IMG/VR virus record: IMGVR_UViG_3300013383_000248
Reading direction: 5' to 3' (one strand)
Length of the DNA stretch: 64,000 nucleotides
Origin: a virus
Part shown: positions 50,993-61,473 of the stretch, piece by piece
Numbering within the stretch: position 1 is the first letter of the stretch
Layout of the letters: the number at the start of each line of letters is the position of its first letter
Program-made: the position numbers and the translations under genes
Notes under the pieces: model-generated
Database searches by the model: none
What the model saw: only the letters and a program-made list of their open reading frames with translations
Told to the model about the DNA's origin: nothing

Positions 50993-52443
50993 CTTCAGCT
51001 TCTCCTTGGGAACGGTTATTTCTTAATACTAAATCACCATTAGATTGAATTCCATCAATGTGATAAAGTTGATGTCCGGCTGTTGATGCATACTTCTTAA
51101 CAATAAAATCATCTCCAGAACGGATGCCTTGGACTACAATCATATTACCGCGATTAAACCAAGATTTTTCAATAATTTTTTTAGTTCCATCAGGTTGTTT
51201 TTGAGAAATTTGTTTGTCAAACAATGTAAAATATTCTTTTCTGAACTTTACATTTACTACTCCTGTTGGAGTAAGAATAGTTACAATACTCTTATTCTTA
51301 TTTTTAGCGATACAAGTGCCGCACAACTTAGAAAGATAATAAATATTTATTGTTTTTCCAGCCTTAATAAAGCTTCTTTCTACGACTGGGTCTTCTGGAA
51401 GTTTATAGAAATCAACAAATCCATATTTACCTTGATTAACTTTTGCTAATTCATGTTCGTGGTAATAGAAACATAATACTTCCATTTCCCACGCAGAATA
51501 ATTTACTTTAGGACAATATTTATCCCAATCCATTTTAAATACAATTTCATTTAATTTATTTAAAATTTCTTCTTTATTATCAGCAATTTGTTTACGATAA
51601 ACATCCATCCATCCTTGGTAAACCTTATCATTCCAATCCTTAATATTTAAAAAGAAATTAGAATTATTGCTTTGGATTAAGTCATCTTTATCAATCTTTT
51701 GTAAAAATCCAATAGCTCTTTCATCTAGTTTATAATTAACTTTATCATATTTACAAATTTGTTTTAAATAACGAGTAAATTCATAAATATGTAAAGCCTG
51801 TTGTCTTTCATCTGTATCTGCTGGAAGAAGATTTAATTTCATTAAAGTAGCTAAATTTTGAAGATTAAGATTTTTCTTTTTATCACAAGTTTCCCAAATA
51901 TACCAAGCCATACAAAGTTTTCTATCCATCATATGGTCAAAAGCCCCACCCTTGATAAGAGAAATCATAGCTTGTTTATTAGGATTAACTTTATTTAAGA
52001 AATCTCTAGGAGAGATATAAGGTCTGTTATCAATAATTGTGCGAACTACATCATCACCAACATTTAGCATACCTTTTAAGCCGAACAGAATTTGATTATT
52101 TTCAACATCAGGGATAAAACTAAATTCTGATTTATTAATATCAGCAAGACTTACTTTAATACCAGCCTTACGAATATCACCAATGGCCTTAGCAATTTTT
52201 CCATAGTCAGTAGAATTAGTTTTTCTTACCTTAGATTTTTTATCAGGTAAATCTTCAAAAGTAACTCCGTTAGCTAAATCATCAGCTTCTGGATCATAAA
52301 TATCTACTATTTCTTCTTCACTATTATCTTCTAAAGAACCACTATTGACAATTAAACAAGCACAATTCCAGTAGATAGGATTGTAATGAATAACAAAATA
52401 AATCATTTGAATAGCTACAAATGAATAAGGGAGTGAGTGATTA
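50982..52443 (-). CDS. dnaE: DNA polymerase III alpha subunit (DnaE), exon 2 (C-terminal ~486 aa)
   Basis: Begins ...NHSLPYSFVAIQMIYFVIHYNPIYW, aligning with E. coli DnaE ...[24 protein letters not shown]. No ATG or RBS of its own. TAA at 50982-50984. Confidence 0.85.
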
Positions 52444-53626
52444 CGTATACTCTGACTATTTCTTACGGACTTTGTAGTGAAAGTGGTAAATTTTCTCGTC
52501 CGCACACCATTTCCAACAACGTGTCAATAGTTGTTGTACTCCAAGTCTAACCTTGGATAGTCGATACAATAGATTAAAAATAAAGTTATTTTTTCCTTAA
52601 AGGATAATTTAAATTATCTTTTTTATGAGAGCGGCCAGTATTTATATTGGTTACTGTAGATCTTGATTTATTATATTTTTTAGCAATTTCATTTTGAGTT
52701 AAATTAGTATTTAATAAATCATTAATAATTTTATTAACCCAAATTTCATTAGCTTTTTTGTTACATCCTTTTATATATAAAGGATAAGTTTCATTTTTAT
52801 CAAAAAAATATCTACCACTATTAATACCAGAAATAAAACCAATACTTTTAATATTAAAATCTTTTGCTATTGTTTTATAAATTTCTCCAGACTTTATTCT
52901 ATCTTTAATTTGTTTTATTTCTTCTTTAGAGAAATGGCTTCTATTTATTTCTTTTTTTAAAGGATAATCAAATAAAGGATTTTTAAAATTTAACCCGCTA
53001 TTAATATTTATAAGATATGAATACTTTAAACGTGGAGAATATTTTTTTAAAATTTCATTAAAATCTTTATTGGCTATTAATAAATTCTGTATATTAATAA
53101 TTTCATTTCCAGTAAATAGTTTTGAAGATTGTAATTTTTCTTTATAAGTTTTTTCCTTCGGAGAAAATCCTTGTCCTCCTTGAGAAACATTATATCCATT
53201 TAAAGAAATTAAACTTTGATATTGTTCTATATAATATTTTTCTTTATCATCTATATAATTTTGGTCTTTACTATCATCAATTTCTTCTAATATAATAAAA
53301 TCAAAATTATTTAATCCATATTTTCTAATAGCATTATGGAATGGTATATTATAATCATTTGATTTAGGATTAAAAGAACAACTTTTATGTCCATTTTTTC
53401 TTTTTTGGATATTATTTGTTTGACCAATATAAATCTTCCCATTTATTTTATTTTCGTATTTATATATATATTTCATTTTTGCACCTCCTTATAATCTATT
53501 TCTACTTTTAATCTATCACGAGATTTTACCCTCGTTAGCAATTAATTTTATAATACTACCAATATTATAATGTAAATTAATTACCCCTATGACGAATAGG
53601 TTAAGTGTGTAAGCCCCAATCTCTCA
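52444..53626 (-). mobile_element. group I intron (~1183 nt) in dnaE carrying a GIY-YIG homing endonuclease gene
   Basis: Exon 1 ends ...AGCCU (53627) and pairs with intron GGGCU (P1, U.G at the splice site). The intron ends in a G at 52444. Splicing gives GYAFS-L-NHSLPYSF, collinear with E. coli [14 protein letters not shown]. Intron flanks are GC-rich and structured; the homing endonuclease gene has its own AAGGAGG RBS. Confidence 0.7.
52586..53476 (-). CDS. GIY-YIG homing endonuclease (296 aa), intron-encoded
   Basis: Tracked ORF: MKYIYKYENKINGKIYIGQTNNIQKRKNGHKS.... C-terminal NUMOD/HTH-like repeats. No TAG codons. Confidence 0.85.
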   Translation of the reverse strand: MKYIYKYENKINGKIYIGQTNNIQKRKNGHKSCSFNPKSNDYNIPFHNAIRKYGLNNFDFIILEEIDDSKDQNYIDDKEKYYIEQYQSLISLNGYNVSQGGQGFSPKEKTYKEKLQSSKLFTGNEIINIQNLLIANKDFNEILKKYSPRLKYSYLININSGLNFKNPLFDYPLKKEINRSHFSKEEIKQIKDRIKSGEIYKTIAKDFNIKSIGFISGINSGRYFFDKNETYPLYIKGCNKKANEIWVNKIINDLLNTNLTQNEIAKKYNKSRSTVTNINTGRSHKKDNLNYPLRKK

Positions 53627-56169
53627 AGGCTAAAAGCATATCCTAACTGCGGTGCTACTGCTGTTTCCCAAAAATATTCTGCATCACTTTTATTATTAAA
53701 ACGACTAAATACCTGTTCCTTTAATTGAGGAATCTTAGCCATTTGTTTTTTAGCAACAACTTTACGTGCTGAGTTAGCTTCACCTAATGTAAAATGAGCT
53801 ATATCCATAAGGATTTCCATCATTTGTTCTTGTAAAGGGCAACAACCATAATATTTATCACAGTGTTTATGAAATTTATTAATAAGTTCTTGAGGCAAAT
53901 GATGTTGTTTCATTTCTTGATCAAAGGCTTGGATACCTTGGTGTTGAATTCGATAAAATCTATCTTGTTGTGATTCTTTACCTTTTTCAGACATAAGACG
54001 CATCATAGCATTAGCCGCAGTCATTTCCATAGGGTCTTGCGGTTTTAGTTTTTTGGCAATAGCTAATCCTACACCAGTAGAAAACTGGAAACAGTCTAAT
54101 ACATCGCCTGCTGCAAGATGGTCCCAAATATTTTGGTCTTTTGTATCTATTACTTCTGGATGAATATATTGATTATAAAATTCTCTTAAAGATAAATCAG
54201 GAATTTCTTTTGCCTTTAATAGTAATTCATAACAAGTAATAATCTTGTCAGAAGCTTCAGTCACAAGGAAATCATATTTAGTATCTCCAGCTGCTTCCGC
54301 CTGATGCAAATCCCAGCAAGTAATTAAATTACCACTAGGCGTTCTCATAAATGCTGCTGTATCATAAGGATCATCCCCATAAAGAATAACGCCAGAAGCG
54401 TGAGAAGAACGTTTATTAACAATACCGCCAATATAAATAATTATATCAAGAAGTCCTGGATATTCATTTACTTTATTAATAAATGTTTTAACAGGCTTTC
54501 TATCTTTGGCTTCATTACCATAAATAACATCGTCAATTTCCCATAAGAATCCACGTTCTTGCGGGATAAGAGAAGACATATACTGTGCTTCATCTACGTC
54601 AATACCATTTGGATATTCTTCTGACCTATAACCACGACAAGCAGTGAGAATAGCAGATTTAGTAGTTTCAGTGCCAAAGGTAGCAACCTGAATTAATCCT
54701 AATTCTCCACGTTCTTTGCGAATAGCTTCAAAAATTGCAGGACGTTTTGAAGGAGCTAAGTCAATATCAATATCAGGTAATTCAGCACGTTCTTTGTTTA
54801 AAAAACGCCAATAAGGGAGACCCCATCTTATAGGATCAAGCTGAGTGATACCTAATAAATAGTTAGATAAAAAACCAGTGGCCGAACCACGCCCTGGACC
54901 TACTATAGAGCCGCAATTCCAAAACAAATCAATATAATGTTTAAAAGTATTAAAGTAAGCAAAAAGGCAATCATCTAATTTTTCACCAATATCTTTTATA
55001 ATATCAGCTTCAATTTCAAGACGATTTAAATATATATCAAGTTTATCTTCAGAGATACTTTTATTATACATCTTTTCCAATAAAGACATATAACATTCAT
55101 TAACCCAATAACGTTCTTGAGGATTATCACTCATTAATAAACTACATAAAATAGGATATTGTTCTTCACGTTCACCATACCATCCAGCCAATGATTGAGG
55201 ATAATCTGTTACTTCTACTTTTGGAATTATTTGTTTTCTTTCAAGAGAGAAATCTTCAATTTTATTTTGAATTTCAAGAGTATTATTTAAAATTTCTTTA
55301 GCTATTTCTTCTGGCTGTTCTTCTATGTCTAAATATATAAAACAAGGTTCAATTAATTTAAAAACTTCATCATAAGTCATTAAATGAGCGAACTCATAGA
55401 ATTTATCAACTTCTCGTTCACCGTCTTTTGAATTAAGATAAGCTTTATGAATTGGTCTATCTTCTTTAGTTAGATAATGACTGTCTGTAGCAACTTCTAC
55501 TTTAATTCCATATTTACGGCCAATTTTATAAATCATATGATTTACAAGTTTTTGGTCTGCCGCTGTTGATGGTGCAATCTCTAAATAAAAATCTTCATCA
55601 AATAAATCTTGGCAAAAAGTAAGAAAAGTATCTATTTGTTTTAATGTTTGATATAATTCATATTTATTTTCTTGTTCTTGGTATTCTACTGCTTTTAATA
55701 AACAAGTTCCTAACTCTCCACCAATACAAGCAGTAGTAGCGATTAGATGTCCTTTATATTTTTCTACTATTGGCTTTAATTCACTCTTTAAAAGTGGAAC
55801 TCGTTCCATTTTTCTATCAACATATAAATTTTGCCAAGCAATTGAACTTAATTCTTTTAATGCTCGATAGCCTATAGCATCTTTAGCAATTAAAATAAAA
55901 TGATAATATTTTTGTCCTGTACTTCTATCATCAGTTAAATAAATTTCATTACCTAATGCTATTTTAAAATCTGGATATTTTTCTTTAATTTTTTTAGCAT
56001 ATTGATTTACTGTCATATGTGCAGAAAGACTTTCGTGGTCTGTAATAGCGATTCCCGAAAGTCCTAATTCAATAGCCTTATCAATTAAAGTTTCTGGTTT
56101 ATTTATGCAATCAAGTAAACGGAGGTTCGAATAATCAGTATGATTATGGCAACCAAAATAAGTACTCAA
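53627..56169 (-). CDS. dnaE: DNA polymerase III alpha subunit (DnaE), exon 1 (N-terminal ~847 aa; PHP, palm, fingers)
   Basis: TTG start 7 nt after GGAGG. N-terminal PHP motif HNHTDYS. The tracked ORF 53587..56169 runs 13 codons into the intron. Confidence 0.85.
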
Positions 56170-56236
56170 TTCCCTACCTCCTTAATTCTATTATTTTCTG
56201 TAAATATTATATCATATAATTCTATCAAAATCAATT

Positions 56237-56428
56237 TTAAAAATCATCTATATCATTAGCGATTTTATTTATCATAGCAGCCAATTCAATTAAATTCTAC
56301 CTATACGTTGATAAATTATTTTTTAATTTTTGGTTTTCACTGAATAAATAAGAAATCTGATTTTCATTCTATTGCTACTGTTTTTCTAATTCATTACCTA
56401 GCTAATTAAGTAAATTTTGTATTTCCAT
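56237..56428 (-). CDS. small coiled-coil Gln-rich protein (~63 aa)
   Basis: ATG overlaps the upstream stop (TAATGG); 9 in-frame TAGs (QQQQ run); TAA at 56237-56239. Confidence 0.3.
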
Positions 56429-57027
56429 TATCCTATAATCTCCAAATGATAATCATTCTTTTCATTTAAACAATCCAAAAGAGTATAAAACAGACTATGA
56501 TAATAAGGCGGAACCCACTCTGGTGATAAACAAATAAAATACTTATCATAAGAATCAGTAAATTTAAATTCTTTAAATGGTATTTTATTATATTTAAAAT
56601 TTACTTCAAAATTTGGGTCACAAGAATTATCATTATGAACCCAAGTGTAGTCTTTCAACTGCCCTTGGTCGTGAAAATATTTAACCCAGTCCGCACAATT
56701 ACATTCTTCTAATTTTTTATCTTTATCTTTAATATCATAAAAAATATCGTGATGATGGTCTATATTAGTAATATTTAAGTTGGTATCATTTTTTAAATAA
56801 TCTTGAATAAATGAATGACTATAACTAATAAAAATAGAAGAAGTTTTATCTATAGTTCGTAATAAATATCTAAGTATTTTAGAATAAATATTTAAATCAG
56901 CAGGTGTAGTGGTAAGATTGGGTAAACTCTTTAATAAATCATCCCAATGATTTGCTGGCACCATGTTATTATATAAATTAATACTTGGTGCCATAATAAT
57001 GTCAAAATCTACGCTTAATACATTCAT
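56428..57027 (-). CDS. hypothetical protein (199 aa)
   Basis: Tracked ORF; ATG start confirmed. Confidence 0.5.
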   Translation of the reverse strand: MNVLSVDFDIIMAPSINLYNNMVPANHWDDLLKSLPNLTTTPADLNIYSKILRYLLRTIDKTSSIFISYSHSFIQDYLKNDTNLNITNIDHHHDIFYDIKDKDKKLEECNCADWVKYFHDQGQLKDYTWVHNDNSCDPNFEVNFKYNKIPFKEFKFTDSYDKYFICLSPEWVPPYYHSLFYTLLDCLNEKNDYHLEIIG

Positions 57028-57094
57028 ATATATATTATTTCCTTATAACAACTAATTTTTTACTGGCTCTAGTAATACCAGTATATAAATATTT

Positions 57095-58153
57095 CTAATG
57101 GTCTAATTTATTAAAAGGATGTACTTCTTCAATTAATAATACCTTATCCCATTCACTGCCTTGTGCCTTCCAAACTGTTATAGCATAAGCATAAGCAAAG
57201 TAATAAGGAGCTTCTAAAGCATCAGAATTTCTAGCAAAACTATTCATTCTAAATTCTTGTTTTTTATCAAAAGCTTGCTCTCCTGTAAGTAAAGCATCAT
57301 AATCAATTGGAATAGATTCAAATCTTCCATTTCCAATATCCATACCAGTAAACATATATTGCAATTCTTTATTATAAATAAAGCTTGGATAATGATAAGG
57401 AACTATTTGATAATTAGTAATTGTCCCAATAGACCCATTAGTGAGTGGCCATAAACCATTAGTGGAGATAAAATCCCAATGATTGGTTAATCCTATGATT
57501 TTATCTCCTATTTCTGGTATAGGTCCTCGACCCTGTCTTTCTCGAACTTTATTATTTATTTCAATACGTTTCTTATTAGAGGCGCATAAAGTTTGGTCTG
57601 CCCATTCATACATTTCAGGAATAAGTTCATAAGGTCTTAGAATTTGAACTTGTTCTTTGGCTACTGGAAATTGCCCCAAGGGCTTACCTTCACGCACCCA
57701 CATAGATAAACGAATAATTTCACTATCTTGTGCTTGCCGCATAATTTCATCTAGAAAGATATGTGGTTTATCTAATACATGGTTATCTTCATTTTGATCT
57801 ACAGGAGGAAGCTGAAAAGGGTCACCACAGGCAATTACATATTTATGATGGGAAAGAAGTAAATCCCACATTGTTTTAGGCAGCATTGATATTTCATCTA
57901 CAATAATTACTTTATATGGGATAGGCCATCTTTTTTTTAAATAAAATGTGCCGTTAGGTCTCGGTTTAGCTTCATACAATAATTTATGTGCTGTAGTTGC
58001 ATTAGGGCATCCTTTTGTTTGAAGAACGGTTGCTGCTTTACCAGTATAAGCCACATAAGCTACATCAGTTTCAGGATTCAAATTTAATGATTGAACTATG
58101 AATTTTACTAATGTAGATTTGCCTGTGCCAGTTAAGCGTAGCCAGCAATACAA
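57095..58153 (-). CDS. RecD/Dda-like SF1 DNA helicase (>=352 aa)
   Basis: Walker A TGTGKST, Walker B VIIVDEISM, GDPFQLPPV, and C-terminal VWKAQGSEWD motifs. Start is unclear (TTG at 58153; no ATG, no SD). Confidence 0.8.
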   Translation of the reverse strand: MYCWLRLTGTGKSTLVKFIVQSLNLNPETDVAYVAYTGKAATVLQTKGCPNATTAHKLLYEAKPRPNGTFYLKKRWPIPYKVIIVDEISMLPKTMWDLLLSHHKYVIACGDPFQLPPVDQNEDNHVLDKPHIFLDEIMRQAQDSEIIRLSMWVREGKPLGQFPVAKEQVQILRPYELIPEMYEWADQTLCASNKKRIEINNKVRERQGRGPIPEIGDKIIGLTNHWDFISTNGLWPLTNGSIGTITNYQIVPYHYPSFIYNKELQYMFTGMDIGNGRFESIPIDYDALLTGEQAFDKKQEFRMNSFARNSDALEAPYYFAYAYAITVWKAQGSEWDKVLLIEEVHPFNKLDH

Positions 58154-58186
58154 GTATAAGATTCGTGGCTCTTGTATCTGGCTACG
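58137..58186 (-). promoter_or_regulatory. 16-bp interrupted stem-loop spanning the helicase translational start region
   Basis: CGTAGCCAG(CA)ATACAAG with a 16-nt loop, pairing to CTTGTAT/CTGGCTACG; read directly. Confidence 0.4.
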
Positions 58187-58213
58187 GCAATTTTCAATCC
58201 AGCATTTTGTTTA

Positions 58214-58639
58214 TCAGTTAGTGTCAAGCGGATTTACTTCTCCTTTCCATATAAATTTATCATTTTCAAAAACCACTTTCATTGGTTTTTCTTGAGCTGT
58301 GGGAATGATATAAACATAATCTTCAGTAAATGGCATTTTAAATCTAGTATCACCATTTTCATCAAAAATTTCTAAATCGTATTTTTGATTTGAACCTTCG
58401 GTTTCTGCATCTGTACTCGGTCGGAGCTAAGCCATTTTTTTATTACCCTTGCCGCCTCTAATTTCATAAATATCACAAGAAGTAGTTTTATTAAGCTCAG
58501 TGAGTTTAGCACTTAATTCTTTAATTGCTCTAGTAGCTTCTTCAGCAGAAATACCAAAACTACCCCAAGAAGCTATTTCTTTTACTAATTCATTAAATTC
58601 ATCTTCATTAAACAAAGTATTTGTAAGCTATTGTGGCAT
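58214..58639 (-). CDS. hypothetical protein (~141 aa), same frame as the helicase and separated from it by tandem TGA-TAA
   Basis: ATG near 58639, inside the C-terminus of the upstream gene. Reads through 2 TAGs. Ends ...GEVNPLDTN-TGA-TAA. Confidence 0.4.
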
Positions 58640-59333
58640 ATTGTTGTCTAACGTAATTTGATTGCGATAATCCTCTTTCATAACATTTCATAAAAGCTAA
58701 AGCAGCTTCTTGCTCGTTCTCCAATTCTAAAAATTTTTCAAAATTAAAATTATTTGAATAACAAAAACCAAACATATCAATTTGATATTTAATATCATCA
58801 CGAAGAAAATCCATTTGACCTTTTAAATCTGCTCCCCATACTCTATCAGTAAATACTTGATTCCATTGGCATAATCCATAAAATCCATTGCCATAAATGG
58901 TAGTTTGCAAATCTAATGTCCCACCGCCAACCTCAGCCATCATATTACCTAAAATACCAGCACATACATAATCATTCCAGCCAAGATTTTTCATATATTC
59001 CCAAATAAGAGTAGCATCTTTATATTCAAGTCCATCTAATTCTTCATCAACTTTATCTAATTGATTTTGATAGAATTTAATAATTTCATTATAAAAATGC
59101 CATTTACCTTTAAGATTCATAATTACATCACTATCATCAGTATAACCGATTAACCGAGCATTATTAGCATTATTATGAATTTCTTCTTTTTTTAAAGTAT
59201 ATTCATCAATTAAATTGATAAGTTCCCAATAATTATTAGTTTCTTTTAAGGGAGTATATTCAACAGTTATTGCATTAACATTAATAGTTAAAATTAAAAG
59301 GATACTAATAATTATAATAATTTTTGTTTTCAT
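58608..59333 (-). CDS. secreted lysozyme-like protein (241 aa; signal peptide; phage-tail-lysozyme-like domain)
   Basis: Tracked ORF. N-terminus MKTKIIIIISILLILTINVNA looks like a signal peptide. YVCAGILGNMMAEVGGG and GLCQWN resemble the AGIMGNxxxESG / GxxQW motifs of tail-lysozyme domains (recalled from memory). Confidence 0.5.
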   Translation of the reverse strand: MKTKIIIIISILLILTINVNAITVEYTPLKETNNYWELINLIDEYTLKKEEIHNNANNARLIGYTDDSDVIMNLKGKWHFYNEIIKFYQNQLDKVDEELDGLEYKDATLIWEYMKNLGWNDYVCAGILGNMMAEVGGGTLDLQTTIYGNGFYGLCQWNQVFTDRVWGADLKGQMDFLRDDIKYQIDMFGFCYSNNFNFEKFLELENEQEAALAFMKCYERGLSQSNYVRQQYATIAYKYFV

Positions 59334-59350
59334 ATTTTTCTCTCTATCTA

Positions 59351-61091
59351 TTAAAAATAATATTTTACATTTTTAGTAACATGATAATCAGTAATAAAAA
59401 TTTCTGGATTAGTTTTTCCTAAAAATTCATTTATTTTACAAATACCAATAATATCAACAATTATACAGCCTGTTTCACTATGTAAATAATTATATTCTTC
59501 TTGATTAACATTAAATTTAATTAAATCTAAATCATTTGGTAATTTAATTTTTAATGTTCCAGTAGTTTCTTTAGGATAATAAATTACATTATTATTAGTA
59601 AGTTTTAAATTTTTAATAACTATATATGGTTCTTTAAAATTCTATCCCCACAAAGGTTCAAACTCTGGTATTTCTAATATAGTATTTATATCAATATTAT
59701 TACTATCAAAAATATAATCAGCTAAATAAACTGGCTAACCATCATAACCATATAATTTACTATTTGTATCTCTTATGAATTTTCTTATATTATTATCAGC
59801 AATTTTCGCACCAAATGCTCCTTGATGACCTTCTGCAAATTCAAAATATCCAGTAGAATTAAGATAAGCTTTAAAATCTTTTATAGGCTCAAAAAATTCA
59901 TACCCACGACCAGATCCTTCCCAGTATTTAATTCCATTTTCAATTACTTCATTAAGTATAAGAGTCGGCTTCTAAAATCTATTAGCAAATTCATTTGCTA
60001 TTAATCCAGTTAAATTTTTATTTACTTCATATTTTTTATCCAACTAAACAACTAGAATTTTATCATTTAATAAACCTTGTTCTTCAATTAACTTTTCTAT
60101 TATTTCAACATTGGCATCACGGATTTTAGTCTATCGTGTTTTTACATTACCACTAACGCGACATGCCTGTTCTACAATAGTTTCAGCTTGTCCTCTGCAT
60201 CCTCTTTTGGTTGATGGAATTAAATCATAGGCAAGAAAATCTAACATACTCTAAAATACTACTTGTCGTTCATCAGTTTCTCCAACACGAGTAACTGCAT
60301 TAATGAGTGGAGCAATATAGAAAGCGACACCCATAGGAGTTAAAGTTTCTTTTAATTTAAATTTATTTTTTTCCATCATACCTTTAATATAAGGATTTTG
60401 AGGATTCTTTAATCCTTGATTAATAAAATATCGAGTTTCATAAGGCCTACTATCCATCATATCGCCGATTAATCCAAGAGCTACTAAATCTAAATATTTA
60501 TTTGAATAATTAGTATTAAGAATTTCATCAATAGCATTACAAAATTTATAAACAATAGCGACGCCAGATAATGCTTTATTAGGATAGTTATCTAATTGAT
60601 TATTAATTACACAAGCATAAGGAGAAATTTCATCTGCTTCATGATGATCTAAAATTAATATATCAATACCCTTATTATAAAGTGCTTTATGTTCTTTATA
60701 CTAATTACTTCCTGCATCAGGAATTATTACTAATTTAGTATCTTCTGGAATAGTATCTAAAATAATACCGTGAGTTTTCTAGATATGAACTCTATAATAT
60801 ACATTATTAGATACATAATAAGGGAATAAATCATATAAATAATTAATCAGCAATGCTGAAGATGTATAACCATCGCAATCAGCATCTACCTAAATAAAAA
60901 TTTTATCATTTTGTTTAATATGTTTTAATAATAATTTAATTCCCTATTCTATATTATTTAATAATTTATTGGGATATACATCAGATTGTGTGGGATTAAG
61001 AAAATGCTAAATATTCTCAGTCTTAATCCCACGATTATTCATTATTGTTTCTAATGGAGTTTTTTGTGTATCATTAATTAATTTATAATTC
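59351..61091 (-). CDS. recJ: RecJ-like DHH-family ssDNA exonuclease (~580 aa)
   Basis: Hand translation through ~12 TAGs: VDADCDGYTSSALL (DHH motif I), IPDAGSN, LDHHE (the DHH motif itself), GVAIVYKFC, LGLIGDMMD. AAGGAG RBS; TAA at 59351-59353. Confidence 0.85.
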
Positions 61092-61104
61092 ATATACTTA
61101 CTCC

Positions 61105-61473
61105 TTATATAATAATTCTTTCTTTATATAATTTAAGAAATAAATCTGGCCCTTCATCAGTTGGACTATCCTTATAATTAGTAAGCATATTCTTATCAAA
61201 AATAAAAGATATGTTAAAATAATTTCCATACTTAGCCTTTATTTTTAATAAGTTATTTTTTAAATGATAAAATTCTTCATCACCTATTTTTTGGAATTGT
61301 CTATCAAAAGCAATAATAATATCTTTCGCACCGACTTGCTCTAATAATTTCATTTGCTGAGCCGATACGCTGCTGCCGCAACAAGCTACCGTTATATCAT
61401 TTTCAAAACCAAAATAACTTTGATATTGTAAGGTTGACTTTTCCATATAATCCATTATTTCTAATGGTACTGA
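61105..61473 (-). CDS. dnaG: DnaG-type primase, exon 2 / C-terminal TOPRIM part (~122 aa; 5' boundary uncertain, 61455-61482)
   Basis: ...LEIMDYMEKSTLQYQSYFGFENDITVACCGSSVSAQQMKLLEQVGAKDIIIAFD... is TOPRIM-like. The frame is open upstream of the tracked ATG, through TAG codons. Confidence 0.7.
   Translation of the reverse strand, partial: SVPLEIMDYMEKSTLQYQSYFGFENDITVACCGSSVSAQQMKLLEQVGAKDIIIAFDRQFQKIGDEEFYHLKNNLLKIKAKYGNYFNISFIFDKNMLTNYKDSPTDEGPDLFLKLYKERIII

Noticed and set aside
51129-51449. Plus-strand 106-aa ORF inside dnaE exon 2
   Set aside because: Antisense to a well-conserved DnaE segment.
58153-58216. Intein between the upstream ORF and the helicase
   Set aside because: No Cys/Ser...His-Asn boundary residues, and two stop codons lie between.
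61459-61462. Primase 3' splice site right after UUAG, by analogy with the dnaE intron
   Set aside because: Joining there forces a UAA/UGA stop or the wrong frame with any U-ending 5' exon.
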